Shown piece by piece: positions 1 through 24,208 of a DNA stretch of 64,000 nt; position 1 is the first letter of the stretch, and each line of letters starts with the position of its first letter. The stretch is taken from NCBI GenBank assembly GCA_000004695.1, contig CM000155.2, forward strand, positions 256,001 to 320,000. The letters run 5' to 3'. This stretch comes from Dictyostelium discoideum (lineage: Eukaryota). The notes beneath the pieces are model-generated. The model was not told where the DNA came from, did not search any database, and worked only from the letters and a program-made list of their open reading frames with translations. The translations under genes and the position numbers were made by a program.

Positions 1-407
1 GAGATTGTGAAGAATTTGGTGGAATTGGTATTATACTTTTATCTAGAGTACCTTTTACTTTTAAGAATATTATATTTGCAACTAAAATTGAAATCATCCA
101 TAATGGGAATAATAAAAAATAAGTATTTAAACCACTAAATAATCCTCTAATACCCTGTCTACTAATTATATTTTTAATTGTTTTAAATAAACCTATATTT
201 CTAATATTTAATCTAACTTTTACAACTAAATTTTTTTTAAAAAAAATATATAAATATATAAATGTATTAATATTAAAAAAGTTTTATATACTTTAATAAA
301 TAGTAAAAAAAAAAAAAATTACCTGTTAAAATATAATCTAATAAAATTTTAACACCCATTAATGTAATTTGAAGTGGTGACTTTTCAGATTCTTGTTGTT
401 GTTGTTG

Positions 408-446
<39 letters not shown>

Positions 447-1465
447 TTGATATTGTTGATATTGTTGATTTTGTGGATATTGATTTTTCTTATTTTTATT
501 TTTTAATATATTATCTAATTTAGTATAAACCTGTTCTAATAATGATTTTAAAACAATAACTTCCCAACCCTATTGATAAATTTTTATTTTTATTTTTATT
601 ATTAATATTATATTAATATTATATTAAAAATATATTAAATAATTTTGAATTCATAAATTATTTTGAATACATACAGTATATAAAGCTCTAATTCCTTCAT
701 TTTTACAAACACCACTAAAAGTGCAATCATTTAAATTATTACGAGTATTATTAGATCTATAAAATTTATGAACGATGAGACGAGTCATAATTACATCCAA
801 AGGTAATGTTAGGGCATATTTAAGTAAAGAGAGCGAGCCACTAATCAATTGAATGGAATTCTTTGATAAACGAGATTTGCCATGTTTATGATTATTTTTT
901 AAATTGGTTTGAAAGTTATTAAAGGATCTTTGTATGAAATTTATTAAAATGGTGATCATATTATGTACAATGTAAACCATACCACCATCATAGATATGAA
1001 TTCCTTTATGTCTTAAAAGATTGATTAATGATGTTGATACTGGTGTTGGTAAATTCTCTACAAATGAAGAGGTTGCTATATTATATGTGAATGAATGTAT
1101 TGGTTGTTGAGGTGGTAATAATGATGGTGATGGTGATGATGATAATTGTATATTTGATGGTGATACACCAACACCAAAGTTTTGTATTAAAGAATTTGGT
1201 GATAATGGTTGTTGTGGTGTTGGTTGTGATTGTATAAAGGTTGTTAATGCATGAATTGGAAATTCTATAGGGAAAAATAATAATTTACTACATGCTAATG
1301 ATCCCCATTGTAAAATGAAATCAAACATTGTTTCATGCTCTTGTTGTTTCTTTAAACTCTTCATATTATCTCTTTGTTGTTTTTGTTGTGCTCTTAAAAT
1401 CTCTTTTTGTCTATTTATATTATTATTTATACTATCTATATTAATTTTATTTGATGTATTATTAC

Positions 1466-1500
<35 letters not shown>

Positions 1501-1550
1501 GTAGTAGTAGTAGTATTGATTTTATTCCCACTACTATTTGATATATCCAT
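1..1550 (-). CDS. Mitochondrial-substrate-carrier-like protein with a long poly-N N-terminal extension; 3' end runs off the window. Exons approx 675..1550, 323..569, 1..225 (partial).
   Basis: ORF 651..1550 carries the carrier signature LPLDVIMTRL (P-x-D-x-x-[KR]-x-R-L) followed by GIRALYT. It ends at ACT|gtatgt (donor about 674/673). Acceptor tcaatag|GGTTGGGAA at about 569 continues in frame: GWEVIVLKSLLEQ...PLQITLMGVKILLDYILTG. Donor G|gtaatt at about 322/321. Acceptor tttag|TTGTAAAAG at about 225 gives VVKVRLNIRNIGLFKTIKNIISRQGIRGLFSGL, a second carrier-like G-x-R-G-L-[FY] motif. The later repeats are diverged, so the family call is tentative. Confidence 0.4.
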
Positions 1551-1920
1551 TTATTTTATTTTTTTTTTATTTTTTTATGTTGAATTTATAAAAAAAAAAA
1601 AAAAATAAAAAAAAAAAAATAAAAAAATTTGGAGAAAAAAAAATAAAATAAAAAAAATAAAATAAAAAATAAAAAAATAAAAATAATATATCATATAATA
1701 TATATATGTAATATCCATTTATTATTATATTATATGTTAATATAATTTAATTATTTGTCATCTAAAAAAGTGGAAAAATAAAAAAAATGGAAATAAAAAA
1801 TAAAAAAAATAATAAATTATGATTTCTTTTAATTTTTCTTTTTTTTTTTTTTTTTTTATTTTTTTTTTTATTATTTTATTACTATTTTTATTATTTTTTT
1901 TTTTAAAAAAAAAAAAAAGT

Positions 1921-2459
1921 TTATTCATTATCGCTATCTTCTTCATCAACAACATCATCTACACCTGTTAAAAAAAAATAAATAAAAAAAAATAATGGTT
2001 AGTAAAATTGAAAATAAAAATCTATATCTTTTAAAAAAAAAAAAAAAAAAACTTACTTGTATCAACAGATGGTACTAATAATTTACGACATTCAACATCG
2101 TTGGCCAATTGAAGTGGAGTACGATCATCTTTATTTTTAAGGTTAGTATTTGCTTTACCATCTACGACTAAAATACGGATAGCGTCTAAATTATTTTTAA
2201 ATGCAGCTTTATGAAGTGGAGTATCTAATGAACCTGCTTGAACTGCATTTACATTTGCCTTTAATCTAATTAAAACCTTTATAACTTCTGCATGATTATT
2301 CTTTGCTGCCCAATGTAATGATGTTTCACCAATAGAATCGGTACAATTAATATCAACTTTATTTTCTGAATCTAAAACAAACTCTTCAACATTTTCTTCT
2401 TCACCTCTTTTAGCTGCATTAATTAATCTTTGGTTAATAAAATATTGATCGTCATCCAT
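1921..2459 (-). CDS. Small ankyrin-repeat protein (~148 aa, 3-4 ANK repeats). Exons approx 2057..2459 and 1921..1964.
   Basis: ORF 2031..2459 has ANK consensus motifs (GETSLHWAAKNNHAEVIKVLI, LDTPLHKAAFKNNLDAIRILV, DRTPLQLANDVECRKLL). Donor ...GATACAA|gtaagttttt at about 2056. Acceptor ttttaacag|GTGTAGATGATG at about 1964 gives the acidic tail SVDDVVDEEDSDNE*. Confidence 0.6.
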
Positions 2460-2658
2460 TGCTTGTATTATTATTATTATTATTAAATTTTAAAATTTAG
2501 TGTTTTATTTTTTTTTTATAAAATTTTTATTATTTTTTTTTAATTTTTATTTTATTTTATTTTTATTTTTATTCTAATGTACAAATAAATAAGGTATTTT
2601 TAATTCAAAAAAAAAATAAAAAATAAAAAAAAAAATCTTATCAAATTTTTTTTTTTTT

Positions 2659-2696
<38 letters not shown>

Positions 2697-3276
2697 GAGG
2701 GGTTTGGTTATAATAATTTTAAAAATGGGGTCTAAAAATTTTTAAAAATTTTTTTTTTTTTTTTATTATTTTTTTTTTTTTCTCTATTTTTATACAAATA
2801 ATATGAAAAAGTTAAAATTAAAACAAAAAAAAATAGAACATATATTTTTTAATTAATTGAATGATTATTATTATTGTTTTTTTTTTTTTTTTTATTTTTT
2901 TTTTTTTTTATTTTTTTTATTTTTTTTCAATTTTAGATTTTTTTTTTAAAAATTATTATCATTTTAATAATAATAATAAAAATATTTTATTTAAAAATAG
3001 AATGATTTAATACTATTTTTTTTTATTTTTTTTTTTATTTTTTTTTTTTACCTTTTTAGTATTATGATGAAGTTAATTTTTTTTTAATTTTTTTAATTTT
3101 TTTTTATAATTTTTTGAAAATTTTTCAAAAAAAAAAAAATTGAAATTTTTCAAAAAAAAAAAAAGAGATAAAACGCGTTATCAAGTATCGTTTATCTGTA
3201 TCCTTCATCATTGATTAATCAATCTTTAATAAATTTGAAAAATCAAAGAAACCACGATAGAGCGTATACATAAAAG

Positions 3277-4112
3277 ATGGAGAATGATCAAGATCAACAA
3301 CAACAACAACAACAAAGCCAACAACAACAACCACAACAAGAGGAACAAGAACAAGTCGATGTTGATTTAAGTTCACTCCAAGGTCAAGAAAGAATTGAAT
3401 ATATCAATACATTAATTGCCGATAGTTATAATATTGCAATTGCAAAAAAACTTGAAGAATTTTTAGATATTCAAATCAACGAAAATACATATTTATTCCA
3501 AGCAAATTCAACACTCCTTAAATTATATCAATTTAACCCAACCCACTTAAACAAAGATTCAATCGCCAAGATGTTAGCAAAGGCATTAATGAATTTCCCA
3601 TGCAACGACTTTTTATTCCTCTCCTATATGATTCCATCGATCATTCAAAAGGAGGAACCATTGTTAAAACTCTTTATCCTCAACAACTTTTTAGAGACTT
3701 GTAAATTTAAAGAAGCTTGGACCCATATCAATAGTCATTCATTCTTTTCAGAGATCCCAAGTTTCATCGACAACATTAGAAACTTTATCTCTGGTGTACT
3801 CTCTATCACTTATCAAAATATTTCAATCACCATGTTGGGTGAACTTTTAAATTTATCTGATCGTACTCAACTCGTCGATTATATTCAATCAAAACAACCA
3901 ACTTGGAAAATCTCTGATTCAACTGTTTCTTTACAATCTGATAATTCAAAACAAAAGAAAGCTGATACTTTTACTTTTGATCGTAATGTTTTTAAATATA
4001 ATTATAAAAAAAAAAAAAAAAAAAAAAAATTATTTACTAACTTTATTATTTTTTTTTTTATCTTTTAAAATTTTTAGAACTCTCAAGAATCCTTCCAACT
4101 TTTATTAAATAA
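3277..4112 (+). CDS. eif3K: Eukaryotic translation initiation factor 3 subunit K (eIF3k). Exons approx 3277..3982 and 4078..4112.
   Basis: The protein aligns with eIF3k across the HEAT/winged-helix region (TLLKLYQFNPTHLNKDSIAKMLAKALMNFPCNDFLFLSYMI vs human AVLKLYQFNPAFF...ALTNLPHTDFTLCKCMI; FLETCKFKEAWTHI; GVLSITYQNISITMLGELLNLSD). Poly-Q N-terminus. Proposed donor GATC|gtaatg at 3983, acceptor tttttag|AAC at 4077, terminal ...QLSRILPTFIK*. An alternative donor at 3988 would change only the last ~15 aa. Confidence 0.75.
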
Positions 4113-4147
4113 ATATTTTAGAATTTAAACAGTAATAATAAAAAAAT

Positions 4148-4182
<35 letters not shown>

Positions 4183-4637
4183 ATTGTCTTAATATATTAT
4201 TAGAAATAAAAAAAAAAAAAAAAAAAAAATGTTTAATTATAGTTTTTTTTTTTTATAAAAATATGTCAAACAAAAAAACTAATTGTAATTTTTTATTTTT
4301 ATTTTTATTTTTGTTTTTTTTTTTATGGCTTGTTTTTATTTAAAGAACCCGAAAAAGTTTTTTTTATTTTTTTTTTATCCACAAATTATTTGTTTTGATA
4401 TTTATTTACGAACTATGAGAACAGGTCAAATAAAATAGTTAAAAGAGTGATTTGTTGGGAAAAAAAAAAAAAATAAAAAAAAAAAATAAAATAAAAAAAA
4501 ATAACTAAATTGCAAAAGATTTTTTTTTTTTTTTTTTACACACTGACGAAAATACTCGACTGAGAGCCCACATAGTTTATTTTTTATATTTTTTTTTTTT
4601 TTAATTAATCAAATTCTCTTATTATATTACAATTAAA

Positions 4638-17157
<12,520 letters not shown>

Positions 17158-17187
17158 ATAAATAATCTCTTTTTTTTTCTTTATTAA

Positions 17188-17226
17188 TTGTTTGTTTGTT
17201 TGTTTGTTTGTTTGTTTGTTTGTTTG
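17188..17226. repeat. (TTTG)n microsatellite, ~10 copies, in the ~70 bp gap between two convergent stop codons.
   Basis: Direct read: tgtttgtttgtttgtttgtttgtttgtttgtttgtttg lies between the giant-gene stop (17155-17157) and the minus-strand stop of the next gene (17229-17231). Confidence 0.9.
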
Positions 17227-17228
17227 TT

Positions 17229-17810
17229 TTAAAATCTAACATTTTTTGGTGTATATACCAATTCATCTGGTAATAAAGATTTTGCTTTTTCTAAATCACC
17301 TTTATCTAATTCTTTTTTAATTTGGTGAGCAATTGGAGTGACATCAGTTATTGCTTGAATCCATTGTTCATTGTATTCTTTAATTTTTGCTTTTTTAACA
17401 CCGATTTGAATGGACCTAATATCACCACACCCATCTAATTTACTAATTGAAATATTTCTTTCTGGATCCCACTGAACAACGATTTTTTTTTTACTTGATG
17501 GAATTGCACTTTTACCAGTTTCATGAGCATCAATATGATTCTCTAGAATGTATTCGAATGCTTCTCTTTTTATATCAATTGCAAGTATTCTCTCTTGATT
17601 ATGTTTGCAAGCATATCCACTTCTATAGAGAATCCAACAAAAACTAGGTTTAATCCATGTAGTTCTATTATCGGACCAACCCGACTCTAATGTAAATTTT
17701 TGATTTAATATTGCATCATCTGCAATTTTAGAATTAAATGCTTGATAAACTCTTACTGTATCATCTGTAAAAACTGCTCTTATAATTTTCTTATAATTAT
17801 TATCTGTCAT
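17229..17810 (-). CDS. Conserved hypothetical protein, 193 aa, single exon; resembles the DUF4291 family.
   Basis: Uninterrupted ORF MTDNNYKKIIRAVF...WIKPSFCWILYRSGYACKHNQERILAIDIKREAFEYIL...PKNVRF*. The W-[IM]-K-P-S-F-x-W-x-x-Y-R-S-G-[WY]-A and ERILAIDI segments are what I recall as the DUF4291 core. The family assignment is from memory and was not searched. Confidence 0.55.
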   Translation of the reverse strand: MTDNNYKKIIRAVFTDDTVRVYQAFNSKIADDAILNQKFTLESGWSDNRTTWIKPSFCWILYRSGYACKHNQERILAIDIKREAFEYILENHIDAHETGKSAIPSSKKKIVVQWDPERNISISKLDGCGDIRSIQIGVKKAKIKEYNEQWIQAITDVTPIAHQIKKELDKGDLEKAKSLLPDELVYTPKNVRF

Positions 17811-18507
17811 GTTTTTTTTTTTTTTTTTTTTTTTTTTGTTTGAAAAGTATTCCAGAAAAAAAAAAACAAAAAAATTTATATTTTTATAATTTTTTATTGA
17901 AACACTATCATATTTTTTTTTGTTAAATTTATCCGAAAAAATCTTTTTTTATTTTTTTCAGGTTTTGCTTAAACAAAAATATTTTCACACATTTTTTTTA
18001 TTTCCAAAAAAAAAAAAAATTAATAAAAATTCAGATATTCAAAAAAAAAAAAAAACAGATATTAAAATGAGTGTTATTTTTGATTTTATACATTAAAAAA
18101 TTTATTAATGTTAAAAAAAAAAAAAAAAAAATCTTTGTTTTATTTTATTATTTGTTGCACACTGAAACCAAACCAAAAAAAAAAAAAAAAAAAAAAAAGA
18201 GAGAATGATTTGTTATATTTTATTTTTATTTTTTTAAATAAATTTATTAAAAAATGAAATTTCATTTTTTTTTTACACCCAAAACTAAATATTTTTTTTT
18301 TTGTAATAAAATTTAAATTTTCGTTTAAACGAAAAAAATCTTACCTAAAATTCCTGAAAAAGAAATCTTTTCGAGCAAAGCATTCTTTGTCATTCTATAG
18401 AACTTTTTTAAAAAAAAAAAACAAAAAATAAAAAAAATAAAACAAAATAAAAAAAAAAATAAATATCTGCAACAAAAAAAAAAATTAAAATAAAAAATAT
18501 TAAAATA

Positions 18508-18543
<36 letters not shown>

Positions 18544-18573
18544 AATACAAATAAACAAATACAAATAAATAAA

Positions 18574-19524
18574 ATGAAAGTATTCACATCAGAAGAATTA
18601 GAAGAAAAATGGGATGGATTTAGTAAAATTTTTCAGCGTTATAATGAAAGTGCGACAGCACCAGTTGCATTTTTATTAATTACCAGTTTAGGTATTACAA
18701 GTCAATTTGGAAGTGCTCAAAATTCTTGTAAATCTATATTAGAAGTTGCATGTGGTCCAGGTGCAGGTACAAAATTATGTTTACAATATAAAAACGATTC
18801 AAGTAAATTCATATCAACTGATATTTCAAATGAAATGATTCAATTAACTAAACAATGTTTAGGAATGACCAATGGTGATGAAATTCCAGAAAAGAATTTC
18901 AAAATTCAACAATGTAATGCTGAAAAACTACCATTCCCAGACAACTCATTCGATCGTTATTTTAGTAATTATTGTTTACATTTAGTAACATCACCAGAAA
19001 CAATGTTAAAAGAAGCTTATAGAGTATTAGAAGTTGGTGGTATTGCCGCATTTTCAGTGTGGGGTAGACCTGAAAATTCAAATCAATTTACAATTGTTAA
19101 GAAAATAGCCGACGAAATTGGAATTGAAATGGGTGGTGCATCAAGATCACCATTTCATTTAAATGATAAAAACAAGTTACGTCAAATGGCATTAGATGCT
19201 GGTTTCTCAAGAGTACTCGCTGGTCATACTTTTGTTAATTCAACAATTCAAAATGGTGAAGAATATTCTGAAGTATTTTTAGCAGCACCTGATACTCAAA
19301 AATTCATTCAAACACTTGATAAAGAGAAATATTTACTTTGGAAATCAAAGGTAAGATTATTATTATTTTTTTTTTTCTTTTTTTTTTTTCAAATTATAGA
19401 GTATTTTTCTAACATTGATTTACATTTTCAAAAATATATATAGATTGCCAACTATGTTGATGAACTTTTAAAAAAAGGTGAATTCATTGGTTCTGAAATT
19501 ACATATATTGTTTGCACAAAATAA
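18574..19524 (+). CDS. Class I SAM-dependent methyltransferase (Methyltransf_11-like), copy A. Exons approx 18574..19350 and 19444..19524.
   Basis: Motif I ILEVACGPGAGT, post-I acidic residue (FISTDIS), motif II LPFPDNSFDRYFSNYCLHLV, motif III LKEAYRVLEVGGIAAFS. Donor TGGAAATCAAAG|gtaagatt at 19351. Acceptor tatatatag|ATTGCC at 19443 gives the tail IANYVDELLKKGEFIGSEITYIVCTK*. Splicing is supported by the paralog at 36100..37080, which has the same structure. Confidence 0.7.
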
Positions 19525-19730
19525 ATATTTTGAAAAAAAAAAAAAAAAAAAAAAAAAATTATTTAAACACTTTTTGATAAAAATAGTCCGACAGTATTAA
19601 AAACTTATTAAAAAAAAAAAAAATAATAATAATAAAACAAGTTTTAAAATTTTACTTTTAATTTAATGTTTATTGAAGTTTTTTTTTTTTTTTTTATTTT
19701 ATTTTATATTATTTAAATATTATTAATTAT

Positions 19731-21617
19731 CTATTTTTTTGATTTCTTTTTATGAATGTTTCTTGGTTTTTCAGATTTAGAAGATTGAGTATTGTTATTG
19801 TTTGTATTTGTATTTTTTGATTCTTGAACAAAGAGTGAAGCAGTTTGAGAAGCAGATGCAATACCTTGTGGACCTTTAATGATATCCTTATTCTTTTTAC
19901 TTCTTGCAGCTTTAGCATTTGCACGTTGCCATTTTGGTAACCAACGACCTGGGTCTGGAACATAATTTGGTTTCATTACTTTTGGTAATTTCTTTTTAGA
20001 TTTCTTAATTTTAACAACTTCTGTTGCAGTTGGTTTGGTAGATTTGGTAGTAGTAGTAGTTGTTGTTGTTGGTGATGATGAATTTGAATCTTCATTTAAA
20101 TTTAATTTCTTTTCAAAAGTTAAACCATACTTTTCAATTAAATCAATATCAATTTTAGATTCAAATTTAATATTTGGTAATTTACCTTCATACTTTTGAG
20201 ATAAAGATGGATCGAAATGTGAAGTGGCAACAATGTAAGATGGTAAAGCTATTAAATCATTTGGATTAATCTTTAATACTCTATCAAACATATCAGAGGC
20301 TTCTCTATATTTATGATGTTTTAATTTAAAGTTACCACTTGCTTTCAAAAGGTTAACATAAATCTCTTCATCTTTTTCAGATTTCTTTTGTTTATCAAAA
20401 ATTGAGATTAAATCATCTAAACTATTGACTGCCTTTTCTAAATCACCCGATTTTTCATACAATGCAACCTTTGTAGCGACAATACCAGGTCTCAATGAAA
20501 CTGATGAATCTAATTTCTCCAAAACATTCAATGCCTTTGCAACATTATTATTATCCAATAAATAAATTTGTGCTAATAATAATTGTGATTTAATTGAACC
20601 AGTAGTAGTATTATTCTTTAATAATAATTTCTCTGCATCTTTAAATTTCTTTTCTTTAATTAATAATGAAACTTGAATAATATCTAAATCTTCAACGAAT
20701 GATGTATCAACTTGTTGTTGTTGTTGGCCGTATTTTGATTTCAAAGTTTTAATTAACTCTTCACATTGACTAACTTTTTTCAATTGTACTAATAATAAAC
20801 AAAGATTATAATTGATGACTTTCTTTTGTTTACTATTTAAACGAGTTGATTCAGCCTCTGTTAATAAAGATTTCAATGAATCCATTGCATGAGTATACTC
20901 TTTTGGTTGAGTTGACCATTGGTCAGATTGAAGAATTGAACGTACTGAAATACTATTATTTGTAGCTACCAATGTTGCACTATCACCAACTTGTTGTTCC
21001 AATACATTTTGATATTGTTCTAAAGATTTCTCCAAGTTACCACAAATTTGTTGAACATAACCTAGTTGAACATCGATTGATGTTTGTTCTTCTTTAATCT
21101 CTTCTTCACTAAATCCATCTTTTTTTAATGAATCTGTACAAATTTCTAAAAAAAATTAAAAAATTAATATTAATTATTTAAACAAAAAAAAAAAAATTAA
21201 TATTAATTGTTTGAAAAAAAAAAAAAAAAATTATATAAAATATTATAATTTTTACTCTTTGCTAATTTTAATTGAGTTTCAGCAGTTTTAGTATCATTCT
21301 TTGAAATTGCTAAACATGCAGAATTGAATGCTAATTCATGGGTCTTTGTTTGTTGACTCTTATTTTTATTTAATAATTCTTGACATTCATTGAATTTACC
21401 TGCATCTAAATAAACTGCACAAAGATTGGTAATAAATTCAATTGAATCTGACTAAAAAATATTATATATTAGTTACTATAAAAATTAAATAATAATAATG
21501 ATAATGATGATAATAATAATTCCAAATAATACATACATAACCTGGTTTTGATAATAAACTTTCATAAATTGAAATTGTTTTTTGATAATTTTCTAATTTG
21601 TAGTACTATAAATAAAC

Positions 21618-21649
<32 letters not shown>

Positions 21650-22168
21650 AATATTATTAATAATTATATTAATTGTCATATGAAAATCATATAAAATTAT
21701 AAAATTAATAAAAACATACGATTTGAGCTTCAAGTTCTAAAGATTTAGTTTCTTTTGATGATTGCTTTTCTAATTGAGTTAATGCTTCTTGATATTTTGC
21801 AGTTGAATAAAGACAATATGAATATTCGAATTGCATTGATTGAATTTGTTCTGGTTTTTTAAAACATTCAATTGCTTCTGTAAAATTACTAAGTTGCATT
21901 AAACAAATTACTTTACATTGGAATGCTTCTGAATCATTACCATTTACTGATAAAACTATAAATATATATAACGTATAAAGTATATTAATATAATTATTAT
22001 TATTATTATTATTAACATACCAAAATAAATTTTATTTTTTTAAAAAAAATAAAAATTATATTTACTTTTATTACAAACACGAATTGCTTTTTTAAATTGT
22101 GAATTTATGATATATTCATCTAACTCTTTAAAGAGTTGTTCTAATGAAACTGTTGTATCTTTAGACAT
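19731..22168 (-). CDS. srp72: Signal recognition particle 72 kDa subunit (SRP72), 5 exons: approx 22066..22168, 21720..21946, 21542..21605, 21256..21447, 19731..21133.
   Basis: N-terminal TPR region (CKVICLMQLSNFTEAIECF...YSYCLYSTAKYQEALTQL vs human ALHCKVVCLIQNGSFKEALNVI...KAYCEYRLNRIENALKTI). Mid region THELAFNSACLAISKNDTKTAETQLKLAK vs THELCYNTACALIGQGQLNQAMKILQKAE. C-terminal ASGNFKLKHHKYREA, IALPSYIVATSHFDPSLSQKYEGKLP, and the SRP72 signature KKLPKVMKPNYVPDPGRWLPKWQRA (human KKGKLPKNYDPKVTPDPERWLPMRERS). Introns use gtaaat, gtatgt, gttatgtatgt and gtaaaaatt donors with tcag/atag/acag acceptors, and phases stay consistent. The (GATA)n run at 21611..21650 is intronic. Confidence 0.8.
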
Positions 22169-22392
22169 TTCTAGTTTGTTTGTGTTGTTGTTCAACAAAA
22201 TTTTGGAAAAATAAAATGAAAATTAAAAAAAAAATAAAATAAAAAAAAAAAAAATAAAAAAAAATAAAATTTTAAAAAAAAAAAAAAAAAATGATTGTCA
22301 CCCACACACACAAAGACCAAAGTCAAAAAAAAAAAAAAATTTTTTGAAAATTATAATATTTAAATATCTAATTATATTATTTATTAATTAAA

Positions 22393-22782
22393 ATGAGTAA
22401 TAGTACCAACACATGTTCATTACCAAGAATGGTATCATTAGATTGGAGAATGGATATTAAAACATCATCTGATGTTATGTCTAGAATGAATGTTCCAAGT
22501 GTTTTATTCAAGTTAGAGGTATTTGAAAATAAAAAAAAATAATAAAAATAATAAAAATAATAAAAATATAAATAAATATCCCATTGTCAAATTTAACAAT
22601 ATTAACATAAATTATTAATAATTAATAATTAAATATAGGTTGAAGATAAAGATAATAAAGTTATTGATCAAGATGAAGAACAAAAAACCAAAACTGTTAT
22701 TTTTGAATTAAATAAAGAAACTGTCAATACAATGTTAGACAGTTTAGAGTTTGTTAAAAATCAATTAGATTCAATCAAATAG
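22393..22782 (+). CDS. commd6: COMM-domain-only protein, COMMD6-like (~89 aa). Exons approx 22393..22518 and 22639..22782.
   Basis: Exon 1 MSNSTNTCSLPRMVSLDWRMDIKTSSDVMSRMNVPSVLFKLE|gtatttg. Acceptor aaatatag|GTTGAAGAT at 22638 gives VEDKDNKVIDQDEEQKTKTVIFELNKETVNTMLDSLEFVKNQLDSIK*. It matches the COMM domain core (human COMMD6 VDFQWKLGMAVSSDTCRSLKYPYVAVMLKVAD...FEMTIPQFQNFYRQFKEI). It shares a ~225 bp divergent promoter with srp72. Confidence 0.6.
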
Positions 22783-23006
22783 ATAAAAAAAGAAAAAAAA
22801 TGAAAGAAAAAAAAAAAAAAAAAACTATTATCGATAAACTAAATTAATAAAACAACAACATGTGTATATATATATATAATTAAAAATTCATTGATTTAGG
22901 TTTAAATTATATTATTATTATTATTTATTATTTACAAAATTACCGTACATCAGTAATTTATTATGTATTTATATATATAAGTATTTATATAAGTATGTAT
23001 AATTCA

Positions 23007-23818
23007 TTATTTTTTAGACTTCTTTTGAGTTCTTTTATCATCTTTAGTATCATCAATGTCATCTTTAAAATTATTAACCTCTGTTTGATTACCTTCATTT
23101 TCAATTTTATCTTCAGTTTTAATATTTGTAGTAGTTTCGGTTGTGGTTGTAGTGGTGGTAGTAGTGGAAGTGGAAGTTTCCTTACTATTTCCTTGATTAT
23201 TTATTTTACCAGATTTTATTTCATTTTCAATATCTTCTTGAGTGATTTCTTTATTTACCATTGATTGAATATTTAAAGATTTGAATGCTTGAATTTGTTT
23301 ATCAAAATCTGATGGTACAGTTTCCCTATTCCAATATGTTAATTCATTGAATTTTGATATTGGTTCCCATTTTCTATTATTATTATCTTGTTCATCCTCA
23401 TCTCTAAATACATAGCCATCAAATCCATTTGGTATTTTTATCTTTTCACCAATTAATTGAATTCCTCTAAATGATGAATATAAATATTTTTCTGGAAAAA
23501 AAAAGAAATAAAAAAAAAAAAAAAATAAAAAAAACGAATTTTAGAATATTTGTATGTTTTTTTTTTTTATAATGATAATAATTTTAAAAAATTAAACATA
23601 CTATCATCAGGCGATGGTGTTGTTGTGGTTGTTGTTGTTGTTGTTGTGGCTGGTTTATCAGTAACTTGGAAATAATTTGAAACTTTTGCAAATCCATTAT
23701 AACCAATACTAAATGGTAAACGTTGTAAATTAATATCTTCCTCTAATGATGGATCATCTTTTATTATTCTAATCATAATATTATGATTTAAAAAACCTGT
23801 ATTAGCCCCATTTTCCAT
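23007..23818 (-). CDS. Ribonuclease H2 non-catalytic subunit C (RNASEH2C/Rnh203-like). Exons approx 23602..23818 and 23007..23491.
   Basis: Exon 1 MENGANTGFLNHNIMIRIIKDDPSLEEDINLQRLPFSIGYNGFAKVSNYFQ...SPDD with donor GATGATA|gtatgttt at about 23601. Acceptor tttccag|AAAAATATTTA at about 23492 gives KKYLYSSFRGIQLIGEKIKIPNGFDGYVFRDEDEQDNNNRKWEPISKFNELTYWNRETVPSDFDKQIQAFKSL.... This matches the RNase H2C hallmarks (SFRGRxLxGxxVxVPxGFxGxV...; W...F..LT.WGLE.VP). It has an acidic/Thr-rich tail and a GC-richer 5' UTR at 23820..23870. Confidence 0.55.
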
Positions 23819-24208
23819 TATTTTTCGGGTCTAGTCGTCGTGTGGTGGTCGTGGTAATGATTTATTATTCTGAAAAATAATAAAAAAAAATTAAAAATAA
23901 ATTTTTTTTTTTTTTTTTTTTTTTTTGTTTTTTTTTTGATTTTTTTGATTTTTTATTTATTTATTTTTTTTTTTTTTTTTTTTGATTTTATTTTAATTTA
24001 TTAATAATTTTTTTTTTTTATCAACATATATATTTTTTCATTCTCTTTCCATTCCCAAAAAAAAAAAAAAAAAAAAATCTTCAAAAAGTTTTCTTTTTTT
24101 ATTTTTTTTTTTTTTATTCTTTATTTTTTATCTATTTATTTATTATTTTATTAAATTTTCATTCATTTATAAATAATATTAATAAATAAATAAAAAAAAA
24201 AAAAAACA

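Noticed and set aside
1315-1608. Plus-strand ORF encoding poly-L/poly-V (97 aa).
   Set aside because: It is the reverse-complement frame of the (AAT)n/(ACT)n tract in the minus-strand carrier gene. It is low-complexity and has no start context.
23820-23870. GC-rich patch (ccacgaccaccacacgacgactagacccg) considered as a possible tRNA or snRNA.
   Set aside because: It has no GTTCGA B-box or cloverleaf-compatible stems. It lies immediately 5' of the RNase H2C ATG, so it is most simply a 5' UTR.
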